This document shows positions 33,374 through 42,543 of a stretch of DNA of 64,000 bases, piece by piece. The notes beneath the pieces are model-generated. The model had not been told where the DNA came from. It saw nothing but the letters and a program-made list of their open reading frames with translations, and ran no database searches. The DNA comes from an uncultured Bacilli bacterium (GTDB lineage Bacteria; Bacillota_I; Bacilli_A; RFN20; CAG-826), in NCBI GenBank assembly GCA_944358865.1, contig CALVRV010000004.1:3759-67758 (forward strand), given 5' to 3'. Within the stretch, counting starts at the first letter, position 1, and each line of letters starts with the position of its first letter. The translations under genes and the position numbers were made by a program.

Positions 33374-34555
33374 TTATATTAAATCATCATCTTTATTAGT
33401 TATTAACTTAACTTCTATATTTTTAATAGCGTCATCTATTAAAGACTTCCAATCAAATTTTGATTCATAATAACTAACATCTTCACTTTTTGGTGCTGTT
33501 TTAGGTGATTTAGGAGTAAAAATAGTGCAGCAATCTTCAAAAGGTCGAATAGAAATATCATAAGTCTTAATTTTTTGTGCAATAGAGATAATATCGGTTT
33601 TATCAAAAACCGCTAATGGGCGAATCACTAATGTATTAATTACTTCATTAATTGTTTGCATACTTACAAGAGTTTGTGAAGCAACTTGACCTATTGATTC
33701 ACCATTTACAATTGCTAAACATTTTCTTTGTTTTGAAATTTGTTCACTAATGCGATACATCATTCTTCTCATAATCGTAATTGCATAACTTTCAGGACAA
33801 AAATTATATATTGCATCTTGAATTTTAGTAAATGGGACAATAATTAAATTTATTTTATCTTGATATTTATTTAAAACATGTAAAAGATCATACAATTTAT
33901 AAATAACACCAACTTGTGTATATGGAGGGCTAGCAAAATGTATACAATCAATTTTTATGCCTCTTTTCATCATCAAATACATAGCGACAGGCGAATCAAT
34001 TCCTCCAGATAACATTAATAAGGCTTTACCCCCACTTCCTAATGGATATCCTCCTGCACCTTCAAAAGTTTTTTCAAAGACATAGCATGCTTCATTTCTA
34101 ACTTCAATGAAAATATTTTTATCAGGATGATGAACATCAACTTTTAAATGGTATGTTTTTAAGATATTAGTTGCAATTTTTCTAATTATTTCATCGCTAT
34201 GAAGAGGAAAAGATTTATCAGCCCTTTTACAATTTAATTTAAATGTTTTATCGTTTGTTTGATCAATTAATGATAAACAAATATTATTAATTTCGTCTAA
34301 ATTTTTCTCACATTTATAAACAAGTGATATTTTTTTAATGCCAGAAATATCTTTAAGTGTATCTAATATTTCTTCATAATTATATCCATTTAACTTGATA
34401 TAAATATGATCATATAAAACATCGTATTCAAGATATTGATAATCTTTTAATGAATTTTTTATGTTTTTTGCTAATAGCAAAATAAAATCTTTTTTATTTT
34501 TACCTTTTGTATTTAATTCGCCAAAACGAACCATTAAATATAAATTATCGTTCAT
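33374..34555 (-). CDS. thiI: tRNA 4-thiouridine synthase ThiI
   Basis: 393 aa. It has a THUMP-like N-terminus and the PP-loop LMLSGGIDSPVA. Confidence 0.85.
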   Translation of the reverse strand: MNDNLYLMVRFGELNTKGKNKKDFILLLAKNIKNSLKDYQYLEYDVLYDHIYIKLNGYNYEEILDTLKDISGIKKISLVYKCEKNLDEINNICLSLIDQTNDKTFKLNCKRADKSFPLHSDEIIRKIATNILKTYHLKVDVHHPDKNIFIEVRNEACYVFEKTFEGAGGYPLGSGGKALLMLSGGIDSPVAMYLMMKRGIKIDCIHFASPPYTQVGVIYKLYDLLHVLNKYQDKINLIIVPFTKIQDAIYNFCPESYAITIMRRMMYRISEQISKQRKCLAIVNGESIGQVASQTLVSMQTINEVINTLVIRPLAVFDKTDIISIAQKIKTYDISIRPFEDCCTIFTPKSPKTAPKSEDVSYYESKFDWKSLIDDAIKNIEVKLITNKDDDLI

Positions 34556-35684
34556 CTTTAATCTCCATATTAAGTGTTTCTACAGCATCGATAAATTCAT
34601 CAGCCTCTTTTAAAGTATTGTATTTGCTAAATGATATTCTTAAAGTGTTTTTATAAATTGATTCATTTTTACCTAATGCTTTTACAACATAACTAGATGA
34701 ATCAACATGACTAGAACAAGCACTTACAGTTGTAGTTTGAATTCCTTTTAAAGACAAAGCCTCACACATAACAGAAGCTTTTTTATGCTTAAAAGAAAAA
34801 TTTAAAATGTAGCATAAATCGTCTATTTTAGAATTTAATTCGTACAAATCCCCATTATTTTTTAAATATTTGAATATTTTATCATGTATTAATTGAACAT
34901 TTTTTTGATGAATATCAATCTCTTTAATAGCCTTTTTAATAGCTAAATTTAAACAATAAGCATTAGCTAAATCTAAAGTCCCGCTTCTAATATTTTCTTG
35001 TTGATTGCCTCCAAAAATAAGAGGAGATAATTGTAAATTTTTCTTTAAAATTAAAGCGCCTTGACCTTTCATAGAGTGAATTTTATGACCTGAAAGTGTA
35101 AACATATCAAATAAATTGTAATCATAATTTATTTTTCCAATTGCTTGAACTGCATCGCTATGAAAAATAACATCTGGATATTCTTTTAAGATTTCTTTAA
35201 TCTTAGACATATCATAAATTGTTCCTATTTCATTATTTACAAGCATCAAAGAAACTAAAATCGTCTTTTTATTTATCAAAGTTTTAAAATGTTCAACATC
35301 ATATTGACCATCACTTTTAATTTTTAAATATGAGACTTTAATATTATATTTTTCACTTAAATATTTACTAGCGTTTAATATTGAAGCATGTTCCACTTCA
35401 CTTACAATGATATTATCACCTTTTTTAATATTTTTAATAACATAACCAATAAGCGCGAGAGAGTTTGATTCGCTAGCGCCAGATGTAAAAATAACATCAT
35501 AATCATTTTTCAAATTTAAAGATGATAAAATTTGATGTTTAGTTTGATTAAATAAATGTTCACAATGTTTAGAAAAATTATTTAAAGAAGAAGGATTAGC
35601 GTATAATTCTTCATTTATTTGTCTATATTTTTCTAAAATATCTAAATCTGGTTTAGTTGATGCAGCATTATCAAAATATATCAT
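34545..35684 (-). CDS. Cysteine desulfurase (class V aminotransferase, NifS/NifZ-like partner of ThiI)
   Basis: 379 aa. FTSGASESN and SGHKIHSMKGQGAL (PLP-lysine region). Its position upstream of thiI matches Bacillus nifZ-thiI. Confidence 0.8.
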   Translation of the reverse strand: MIYFDNAASTKPDLDILEKYRQINEELYANPSSLNNFSKHCEHLFNQTKHQILSSLNLKNDYDVIFTSGASESNSLALIGYVIKNIKKGDNIIVSEVEHASILNASKYLSEKYNIKVSYLKIKSDGQYDVEHFKTLINKKTILVSLMLVNNEIGTIYDMSKIKEILKEYPDVIFHSDAVQAIGKINYDYNLFDMFTLSGHKIHSMKGQGALILKKNLQLSPLIFGGNQQENIRSGTLDLANAYCLNLAIKKAIKEIDIHQKNVQLIHDKIFKYLKNNGDLYELNSKIDDLCYILNFSFKHKKASVMCEALSLKGIQTTTVSACSSHVDSSSYVVKALGKNESIYKNTLRISFSKYNTLKEADEFIDAVETLNMEIKDER

Positions 35685-37423
35685 TAGTTGTTATTAATTC
35701 CCTCTTCTACATGTTTGTTTTTTAATAATTGGACAACATCATGATATGTATTTTTAAATTCCCCATTAAAAAATTGTTGTTCACACAATAATAATTGCTG
35801 ATGGACATCAATTTGATGATAACGATCTCGATTAGCGTATAATATAGCGGATTCTGCCATTGATGAAACATTTGATGCATCGTTGATATTATCAAATAGT
35901 TCATTAGTAAGACTTTTTAAAGCATCAACTTTAGCGTTAATTGTATTTACATCAATTGGAGTAATTCTTAATGTATCGTATATTTCACTAAGTAACACAT
36001 ACGATTGATCAATATCATCTTGATATTTATCAATAGTAGTCTTAATTGCGATATTTCTAAGTTGAAGTTCTGCTTGTTTTAGATGGTAATAATAAGAAAA
36101 GACTAAAGAATAGGCATCTTCACTAGATATTTTTAATGATTCAAGATAAATTTTAAAATTGTCAACTTCTTGAGAAACCTTTTCAAAATCTTGAATTAAT
36201 TTTTCTAATTTATTTTGTAATGTTGAATAAGGTGTTGGTGTGGAAGAATGAATAAATGTATCAAGAGATCTTTTTGAAACACCTAATTGATTTATATCAT
36301 CTTTAAGTTTTTTAATTTTTGCTTGTTCTTCCTCGTCAATTTTATAAATATTATTCATTTCAGGAAGCAAAGAACATAATCTTAAGAAATTCTTTTCTAA
36401 ATCCAAAGCATCGCTATAAGTTTTAGAACAATTGGCATCAAAGAAAATTTTACTATCCACTTCTTTTCTAAAATTATTATGTAAATTTTCAATATCATTT
36501 TGCATTGTTAAAGCATCATTTTTAACATCTTTAATGTTTAAAGAAATGAGTCGTTGTTTTAAATTGTTTAAATTATTGGTAAATTCTTCAAATTCATGAC
36601 TAAGTAATAAATGATGTAAAGGATAATTTTGTATACTTAATGATTCGCTTTCATTTTCAACAGATTTTATTTTTTCAGGTAAAATTTTAGTAACTAAAAT
36701 ACATAATTCAGGAAGTTCTTGTAATACATTTTTTAATTGATCAATAATTTTTTCAATATTAGGTAGCATCGCGTTAGCGTCTTCATATTCCGCTGATTCA
36801 ATATGAGCTTCAAATTCATTAAATTTATGATCTAATTTATCAAAAACCATATTTAAGGAATTACTAACAATTTCTAAATCAACAGCGTTAGAATTATATG
36901 TTTGTTTAACACTACGTAAATTTTCTTTTAATCGAAGTGCATATTGTCGAGATTCTTCTTCTGGTTTAATTAATTTATTTAATTGTGAATCTAATTCGTT
37001 AGTAGCGTTTTCAAAATCAGCAAGAGATTTTTTTCCTTCAGAGAGAGCTTTTTTAACTTGTTTATATTGTTTATTTTTAATTAATGTTTTAAGTTGACGA
37101 ATAATTCCCGCGACATATTTATCTTGCATATCAAAAATGTATTTAAATTTTTTATGATATTCATTATAAATATCGACATATAATAAATTAGTTCTGCTAA
37201 TCATCTCTAATCTTTTGACATATTGAGCATCTTGACCAATTAATAAGCCGTCAAGATAAGAATAACGACGTTCTAGGTCTTTTATTTGTTTTTCTAATCT
37301 ATGTCGACTAAAAACAAATTTATAAAGTAAAATAAAAATTCCAATTAAAAATAAAACGCCTAGGCATATACCAACAATTAACCAAGGTAACATTTCACTA
37401 TCTAACAATACAACATAAAACAT
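35684..37423 (-). CDS. ezrA: Septation ring formation regulator EzrA-like (N-terminal TM plus long coiled coil)
   Basis: 579 aa with a single N-terminal TM helix and then heptad-rich sequence. The ezrA-nifZ-thiI synteny matches Bacillus. GAGG lies 7 nt before the ATG. Confidence 0.6.
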   Translation of the reverse strand: MFYVVLLDSEMLPWLIVGICLGVLFLIGIFILLYKFVFSRHRLEKQIKDLERRYSYLDGLLIGQDAQYVKRLEMISRTNLLYVDIYNEYHKKFKYIFDMQDKYVAGIIRQLKTLIKNKQYKQVKKALSEGKKSLADFENATNELDSQLNKLIKPEEESRQYALRLKENLRSVKQTYNSNAVDLEIVSNSLNMVFDKLDHKFNEFEAHIESAEYEDANAMLPNIEKIIDQLKNVLQELPELCILVTKILPEKIKSVENESESLSIQNYPLHHLLLSHEFEEFTNNLNNLKQRLISLNIKDVKNDALTMQNDIENLHNNFRKEVDSKIFFDANCSKTYSDALDLEKNFLRLCSLLPEMNNIYKIDEEEQAKIKKLKDDINQLGVSKRSLDTFIHSSTPTPYSTLQNKLEKLIQDFEKVSQEVDNFKIYLESLKISSEDAYSLVFSYYYHLKQAELQLRNIAIKTTIDKYQDDIDQSYVLLSEIYDTLRITPIDVNTINAKVDALKSLTNELFDNINDASNVSSMAESAILYANRDRYHQIDVHQQLLLCEQQFFNGEFKNTYHDVVQLLKNKHVEEGINNN

Positions 37424-37511
37424 AAAGCAACCTCTATTCTTAATAATATTGTAGCGAAAACATTATTAATTTTAAATAAAATTAAAAATATTTTTTTTAA
37501 ATAAAAAATAG

Positions 37512-37540
37512 TTGACTTAACTTAGTTAAGTATGTAAACT
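37512..37540 (+). promoter_or_regulatory. Candidate sigma-A promoter of rpsD
   Basis: TTGACT (37512-37517), a 17-bp spacer, then TAAACT (37535-37540). Confidence 0.55.
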
Positions 37541-37546
37541 TATCGT

Positions 37547-37691
37547 TGCATGTAATAAGCAGGTTAATATTGCTCGTCTGATGTCTAAAACAAAAAAAGT
37601 AACTAAAGCTATATGGTGAAACTTAGACACCCGGAGTAAGAATTAATCCCTATCATTATTTGCCAACAAATAAAGAAAGGAGAAGAAAAAT
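37547..37691 (+). promoter_or_regulatory. Long 5' leader of rpsD (candidate S4 autoregulatory leader)
   Basis: About 145 nt lie between the predicted promoter and the ATG. Complementary segments GTCTAA / TTAGAC and a GC-richer CACCCGGAG element are present. S4 autoregulation via the rpsD leader is known in Bacillus. Confidence 0.4.
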
Positions 37692-38300
37692 ATGAGATAC
37701 ACAGGTTCTACTTGGAAAAAATCCCGTCACTTAGGTTTTTCTATTTTAGAAACAGAAAAAGAATTTTCTAAACGTCGTTATGGTCCTGGTCAACACGGCA
37801 ACGATAGAAAGAAAAAAGCTTCTGAGTATGGTAAACAATTATTAGAAAAACAAAAGTTAAGAACAATGTATGGTGTCAATGAAAGACAATTCAGACGTCT
37901 ATTCATGCTTGCATTAAAAAGCAAAGAAGTCACTGGTTTTGCCTTTATGAAATTACTTGAATCCCGTTTAGACAATCTTGTCTATCGTATGGGATTTGCA
38001 AGAACAAGAAGAGCGGCTAGACAATTAGTTAATCATGGTCATGTTCTTGTCAATGGCAAAAAAGTCTCTATCCCAAGTTACTTATGTCAAATTAATGATG
38101 TTATTTCTATTCCAGAAAAAGATCAATCAATGAAAGTAATTAAAGATTCCTTAGACACTGTCAGTAATAAAAGTTGTGATTATGTTAGTGTCGATAAAGA
38201 AAAATTCAGCGGTATCTTTGTTAGAGAACCAAACCGTAATGAACTTCCAAAAGATATTACCGAATCACAAATTGTCGAATACTATAACCGTAAATTATAA
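37692..38300 (+). CDS. rpsD: 30S ribosomal protein S4
   Basis: MRYTGSTWKKSRHLG...RLDNLVYRMGFARTRRAARQLVNHGH. 202 aa. Confidence 0.9.
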   Translation: MRYTGSTWKKSRHLGFSILETEKEFSKRRYGPGQHGNDRKKKASEYGKQLLEKQKLRTMYGVNERQFRRLFMLALKSKEVTGFAFMKLLESRLDNLVYRMGFARTRRAARQLVNHGHVLVNGKKVSIPSYLCQINDVISIPEKDQSMKVIKDSLDTVSNKSCDYVSVDKEKFSGIFVREPNRNELPKDITESQIVEYYNRKL

Positions 38301-38321
38301 TATTCTTGTTTGTCACTTATT

Positions 38322-38352
38322 AAAAAATTCCGCCTTCATGGTGGAATTTTTC
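38322..38352. terminator. Bidirectional rho-independent terminator between rpsD and tyrS
   Basis: A-run, then AATTCCGCC-TTCAT-GGTGGAATT (9 bp, one G-U), then TTTTT. Confidence 0.65.
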
Positions 38353-38375
38353 TTTACTAGTAATTAATATTTTTA

Positions 38376-39629
38376 TTATTTTGTGATTAATAAAGAATAT
38401 AGCTTTTTACCACGTTTTAAAACATGGTATTTGTTAAATAAAGCGTTGTCGCTATTTAAGATATAATGTTCATCAGTTATTTTATCGTTGTTATGTGAAA
38501 TAGCGTTATTAGATAAAAATTGTCTTGCTTCTCTTTTACTAGTTGCTAACTTACATTCAATTAAAGCATCAACAATATTGACATTAGTTGTCTCAACATT
38601 AACAATTAAACCATTAAAAACTTCTAATAATTGTTTTTCGTTTAACGATTTTACATCACCATTAAATAGTGCATTAGACATTTTAACTGCATTTTGAGCC
38701 TCTTCTTCACCATGAATATCTTTAACGATTTCATATGCGAGTGCTTTTTGAGCAATCCTTTGACCAAGATTATTTAAATGGTCACGAATGATATTTTCAA
38801 TTTCATCGTGGCTTAAAAATGTAAATACTTTTAAATATTTGCAAGCATCTTCATCAGTCGTATTATAAAAATATTGATAAAGTTGATATGGCGAAGTTAA
38901 TTCTTTATTTAAAAATAAAGCGCCTTGTTCTGATTTACCAAATTTTTTACCATCAGCCCGAGTAATAAGATGACAAGTCATTACACTTGCTTGAGGATTT
39001 TCTTCAACTTTTCTTATTAATTCTAAGCCACTAGTGAGATTACCCCATTGATCGCTGCCACCGACTTGGATGTGACAATTATATTTACGATATAATGTTA
39101 AAAAGTCGATAGCTTGTAAAATATTATAAGTAAATTCAGTAAATGAGATTCCGCTTTCTAAACGTGAAGCAATAATATCTTTACTTAATAAATAATTAAT
39201 AGAAAAATATTTGCCATAATCCCTTAACATATCTAATAAAGTTAAATTAGACAACCAATCATAATTGTTTAATAAGATACCTTTTTTAGGATCTGATAAA
39301 TCAATAAATTTTTCTAATTGATTTTTAATAGATAAGGTATTCGCTTTTAAAGTATCTTCATCTTGAAGATTTCTTTCTTTACTTTTGCCAGAAGGATCAC
39401 CAATCATTCCAGTCGCACCACCGACAACAGCAATAATCCTGTGGCCAGCTTTTTGAAGGCGCATTAATAATGAAATCATGACGTAATTTCCAACGTGCAT
39501 GCTACTAGCGCTTGGATCAAAACCACAATAAATAGTTTGAGGTGTATTTAATAATTCTCTCATCTGTTCTTCATTTGAAAAATCTTTAATTAATCCTCGA
39601 TATAGTAAATCATCTAAAATATTTTCCAT
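38376..39629 (-). CDS. tyrS: Tyrosine--tRNA ligase
   Basis: HVGN (HIGH) and KFGKS (KMSKS) motifs. I set the start at ATG 39629 (MENILDDL) because AAGGAG sits at 39640..39635, directly abutting the GTG used by the ORF track. Confidence 0.9.
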   Translation of the reverse strand: MENILDDLLYRGLIKDFSNEEQMRELLNTPQTIYCGFDPSASSMHVGNYVMISLLMRLQKAGHRIIAVVGGATGMIGDPSGKSKERNLQDEDTLKANTLSIKNQLEKFIDLSDPKKGILLNNYDWLSNLTLLDMLRDYGKYFSINYLLSKDIIASRLESGISFTEFTYNILQAIDFLTLYRKYNCHIQVGGSDQWGNLTSGLELIRKVEENPQASVMTCHLITRADGKKFGKSEQGALFLNKELTSPYQLYQYFYNTTDEDACKYLKVFTFLSHDEIENIIRDHLNNLGQRIAQKALAYEIVKDIHGEEEAQNAVKMSNALFNGDVKSLNEKQLLEVFNGLIVNVETTNVNIVDALIECKLATSKREARQFLSNNAISHNNDKITDEHYILNSDNALFNKYHVLKRGKKLYSLLITK

Positions 39630-39646
39630 ATGCACTCCTTTTTATA

Positions 39647-40750
39647 TTAATAAATTGGATAATTAACTTTTTCTAAGCGTTTACTTGGAATATCTTTTCT
39701 TCCAACTTTTGCTTCATCTTTTCCATCTAATTTAACTAAATCACCAGTAAATCCGACCGTAGTGTTATTAACAAAATAAGTTCCAACACCATAAAGATCA
39801 ACTGGAACATTTAACTTTTTCCATTGTTTAATTTTTTCCATAGTAAATGAAGAAGAAACCACTATTTGAACATAATTAAATCCAGCATCATCTAAAGCTT
39901 TTCTTAAAGCAAAAATTAATTCTTTGCAAACTCCATGTGGATCAAAATTAGAAGTATCTTTATCATCAAAATAATGATCGATTAACGATAAAGAAGTATC
40001 AACACGGACAGCTTTTAAAGTATGGCCTAAATGTTTAGCTAATTTTAAAGAATCATTAATAACATCATTATTATAATCAATTAAAGCAGTGACTTTTTCA
40101 TTTGGGAAAGTTTTATGATAAATGTCTGCTGCTTTTAAAACATCACCTTGACACATTTCAATTAAAGCGTGAGGCATAGTTCCCATACCTTTTCCACCCC
40201 ACCACAAACCTTGAGCGTCAGTGCTGACTTTATCAATGCCTGCGACAAATGTTGCATAACCATCACCGATTTGAGTAAGATAATCATCTTGACGATCTGC
40301 CATAGAAAAACATGGGGTATCACCGATTATTTTTTTAACATAATATACGTTTGTGGCAACAGAACTTCTTCTTGCTAAGATACCATCGATAACGCTTTCT
40401 AAGAAACCAAAATCTTCATAATGTCCTGTTACTTTTAAAACTGGTTCATTTTTATTTATGATGTCGCCATCATTTAAAGATTCAATAATTAAATTTTCAG
40501 GATGGTTAGCAAATGTGTGAAGAAGCGCGATTGCTTCATCAATACCGCACAACATGACATCATCTTTTCTTTGAAACCATTGCATTGTAACAATATGACC
40601 TTTTAAATTTTCTAAAACAATTTGTTTTGTTTTTAAAAAATAGTTAGCGGAAAAAAATCCATCTTTTAAACGTGGGTCAAATTTAAATGTTTTATTAGTT
40701 AGACGAGAAATTTTTCCTTGTTTTTTTAAGTTAATCTCAAGTTGTTCCAT
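39647..40750 (-). CDS. Nicotinate phosphoribosyltransferase-like enzyme (type II PRTase family)
   Basis: 367 aa. GMGTMPHALIE and AVRVDTS segments resemble the NAPRT/QAPRT family. Confidence 0.55.
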   Translation of the reverse strand: MEQLEINLKKQGKISRLTNKTFKFDPRLKDGFFSANYFLKTKQIVLENLKGHIVTMQWFQRKDDVMLCGIDEAIALLHTFANHPENLIIESLNDGDIINKNEPVLKVTGHYEDFGFLESVIDGILARRSSVATNVYYVKKIIGDTPCFSMADRQDDYLTQIGDGYATFVAGIDKVSTDAQGLWWGGKGMGTMPHALIEMCQGDVLKAADIYHKTFPNEKVTALIDYNNDVINDSLKLAKHLGHTLKAVRVDTSLSLIDHYFDDKDTSNFDPHGVCKELIFALRKALDDAGFNYVQIVVSSSFTMEKIKQWKKLNVPVDLYGVGTYFVNNTTVGFTGDLVKLDGKDEAKVGRKDIPSKRLEKVNYPIY

Positions 40751-40780
40751 ACTTTTCTCCTTGTTATATTGTAAATATTT

Positions 40781-40800
40781 GTTGTTTACGAGTAAACAAC
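40781..40800. promoter_or_regulatory. Perfect 9-bp inverted repeat GTTGTTTAC-GA-GTAAACAAC about 30 nt upstream of the NAPRT-like start
   Basis: Read directly. It lies between a TTGCAA -35-like hexamer and the AAGGAG SD on the minus strand. No T-run follows, so it is not a terminator. Confidence 0.4.
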
Positions 40801-40876
40801 TTTCTTTTATATTGGTATTCTTAATTTTTTAAAAATAATTGCAATTTAAAATAAAAACACTGCAAAAATAATATAT

Positions 40877-41926
40877 TTAAGCGTTATTTAAGATATTTTT
40901 TATATCTTCGTTTGTTAAATTTTCAAGTATGTTAATTAATGACAATTTGCTAATATGATAATCATCGCTATCAATAATGCTATTAGCGCTGTGTAGATTA
41001 ACCGCGCATATACAATGTGTAAGTGTTTTTATTCCTTCATTTGAAGTATGAAAGACACCAGCATTTGTTCCACCTAAGGATTTAAAATATTGATATTTAC
41101 CATCAACATTTTTAATAGCTTTTTCTTGTAATCTTAATAAAGAAGGTCTAGCAATCATAGTAGGATCAAAATATCTAATTAATAGACCATCTCCTAATTT
41201 ACCATCTTCATTAACACTGCTACGGCTTGGAGAACAATCTAAAACAATGCATAGATCTGGCTTAATATGGTTTGCGCTTACTTTAGCGCCTCTTAAACCA
41301 ACCTCTTCACAAACAGAGCCTCCAACATATAAATCAAAAGGTAATTCTTTATCTTTAAAATATGATAAAACTTCAAGACCTAATACAATTCCATAACGAT
41401 CATCAATAGCTTTTGACATGATTTGTTTTTGATTATTAATTAAAATTGTATCGCCAATAAATGAAACCATATCACCAATGTTAATATTATTGTCCACTGC
41501 TTCTTTTTTATCTTTAAATCCAAAATTAAAATTCACTTGATTAAGTTTGATATCTTTTGTTAAAGAAACTAAATCAACCGTGCCTATAAATTGTTTAAAA
41601 TCTTGATTAGTTAATTTAAATCTTTGCCCTGATATTGCTTCAAGAGATATACCTCCAATTGGCATACATCTAATTAAGCCATTATCTAAAATGCTCATGA
41701 CAATAAAGCCAACTTCATCCATGTGCGCGTCAATTAAAACTTTATAAGCATTTTTAGTTTTTGATTTTTTATAAGCATAAATATTTCCTACATTATCTAA
41801 AACAAGTTCATATCCAAGTTTTAAATAATCTTCTTTTAAAATTTTTGCGATATTATTTTCATAAGATGATATCGCATCAATTTGACAATATTTTTTAAAT
41901 AATTCAAATTCTTTTCTATCAAACAT
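40877..41926 (-). CDS. M42-family aminopeptidase (glutamyl aminopeptidase / YsdC-like)
   Basis: 349 aa with the DAHMDEVGFIV motif and an AIDDRYG segment. Confidence 0.75.
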   Translation of the reverse strand: MFDRKEFELFKKYCQIDAISSYENNIAKILKEDYLKLGYELVLDNVGNIYAYKKSKTKNAYKVLIDAHMDEVGFIVMSILDNGLIRCMPIGGISLEAISGQRFKLTNQDFKQFIGTVDLVSLTKDIKLNQVNFNFGFKDKKEAVDNNINIGDMVSFIGDTILINNQKQIMSKAIDDRYGIVLGLEVLSYFKDKELPFDLYVGGSVCEEVGLRGAKVSANHIKPDLCIVLDCSPSRSSVNEDGKLGDGLLIRYFDPTMIARPSLLRLQEKAIKNVDGKYQYFKSLGGTNAGVFHTSNEGIKTLTHCICAVNLHSANSIIDSDDYHISKLSLINILENLTNEDIKNILNNA

Positions 41927-41928
41927 AT

Positions 41929-42543
41929 TTACTCCTTTACTACTTCTAAACGATATATTTTTTGATTTAAATTTCGAAAATACGATTCATAATCAGTAAT
42001 TTCATCAAAACTCGGATCAAATTGATAATCATAATCAATCTTTTTAATTTTAAATTTTGAATTATTAAAATATTTAATAGAATCTTCAAATAACAATTCA
42101 TTATCAGTTTTAAAATTTAAAAATCCATCTTTTTTTAATATATCATAGTATATATCTAATAAATTATTTGAGGTAAGCCTTCTTTTATGATGTCTTTTTT
42201 TAGGCCATGGATCAGAAAAATTTAATATAATGCCGTCAATAGATGATTTTTTAATATCTAATATTATTTCATTAATGTCTTTACTTATAATAATTGCATT
42301 ATTTACATCATTATCGATGATCTTTTTTAAGGTAATACCAGCACAGGTGGAATTTTTTTCAACACCAACAAAATAATAATTAGGAAATCTTAACGCCATT
42401 TTATATAAATAATCGCCTTTGCCAGAACCAATTTCTAATATGATTTTATCATGTTTAAATAAATTATCATCGATGTTAGTTGGTGATAATTCTTGTCTTT
42501 CAATTAATAAATCATTTGCCCATTTTTTATATTTTGTTCTCAT
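41929..42543 (-). CDS. trmB: tRNA (guanine46-N7)-methyltransferase
   Basis: ILEIGSGKGDY SAM motif and FSDPWPKKRHHKRR. Confidence 0.85.
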   Translation of the reverse strand: MRTKYKKWANDLLIERQELSPTNIDDNLFKHDKIILEIGSGKGDYLYKMALRFPNYYFVGVEKNSTCAGITLKKIIDNDVNNAIIISKDINEIILDIKKSSIDGIILNFSDPWPKKRHHKRRLTSNNLLDIYYDILKKDGFLNFKTDNELLFEDSIKYFNNSKFKIKKIDYDYQFDPSFDEITDYESYFRNLNQKIYRLEVVKE

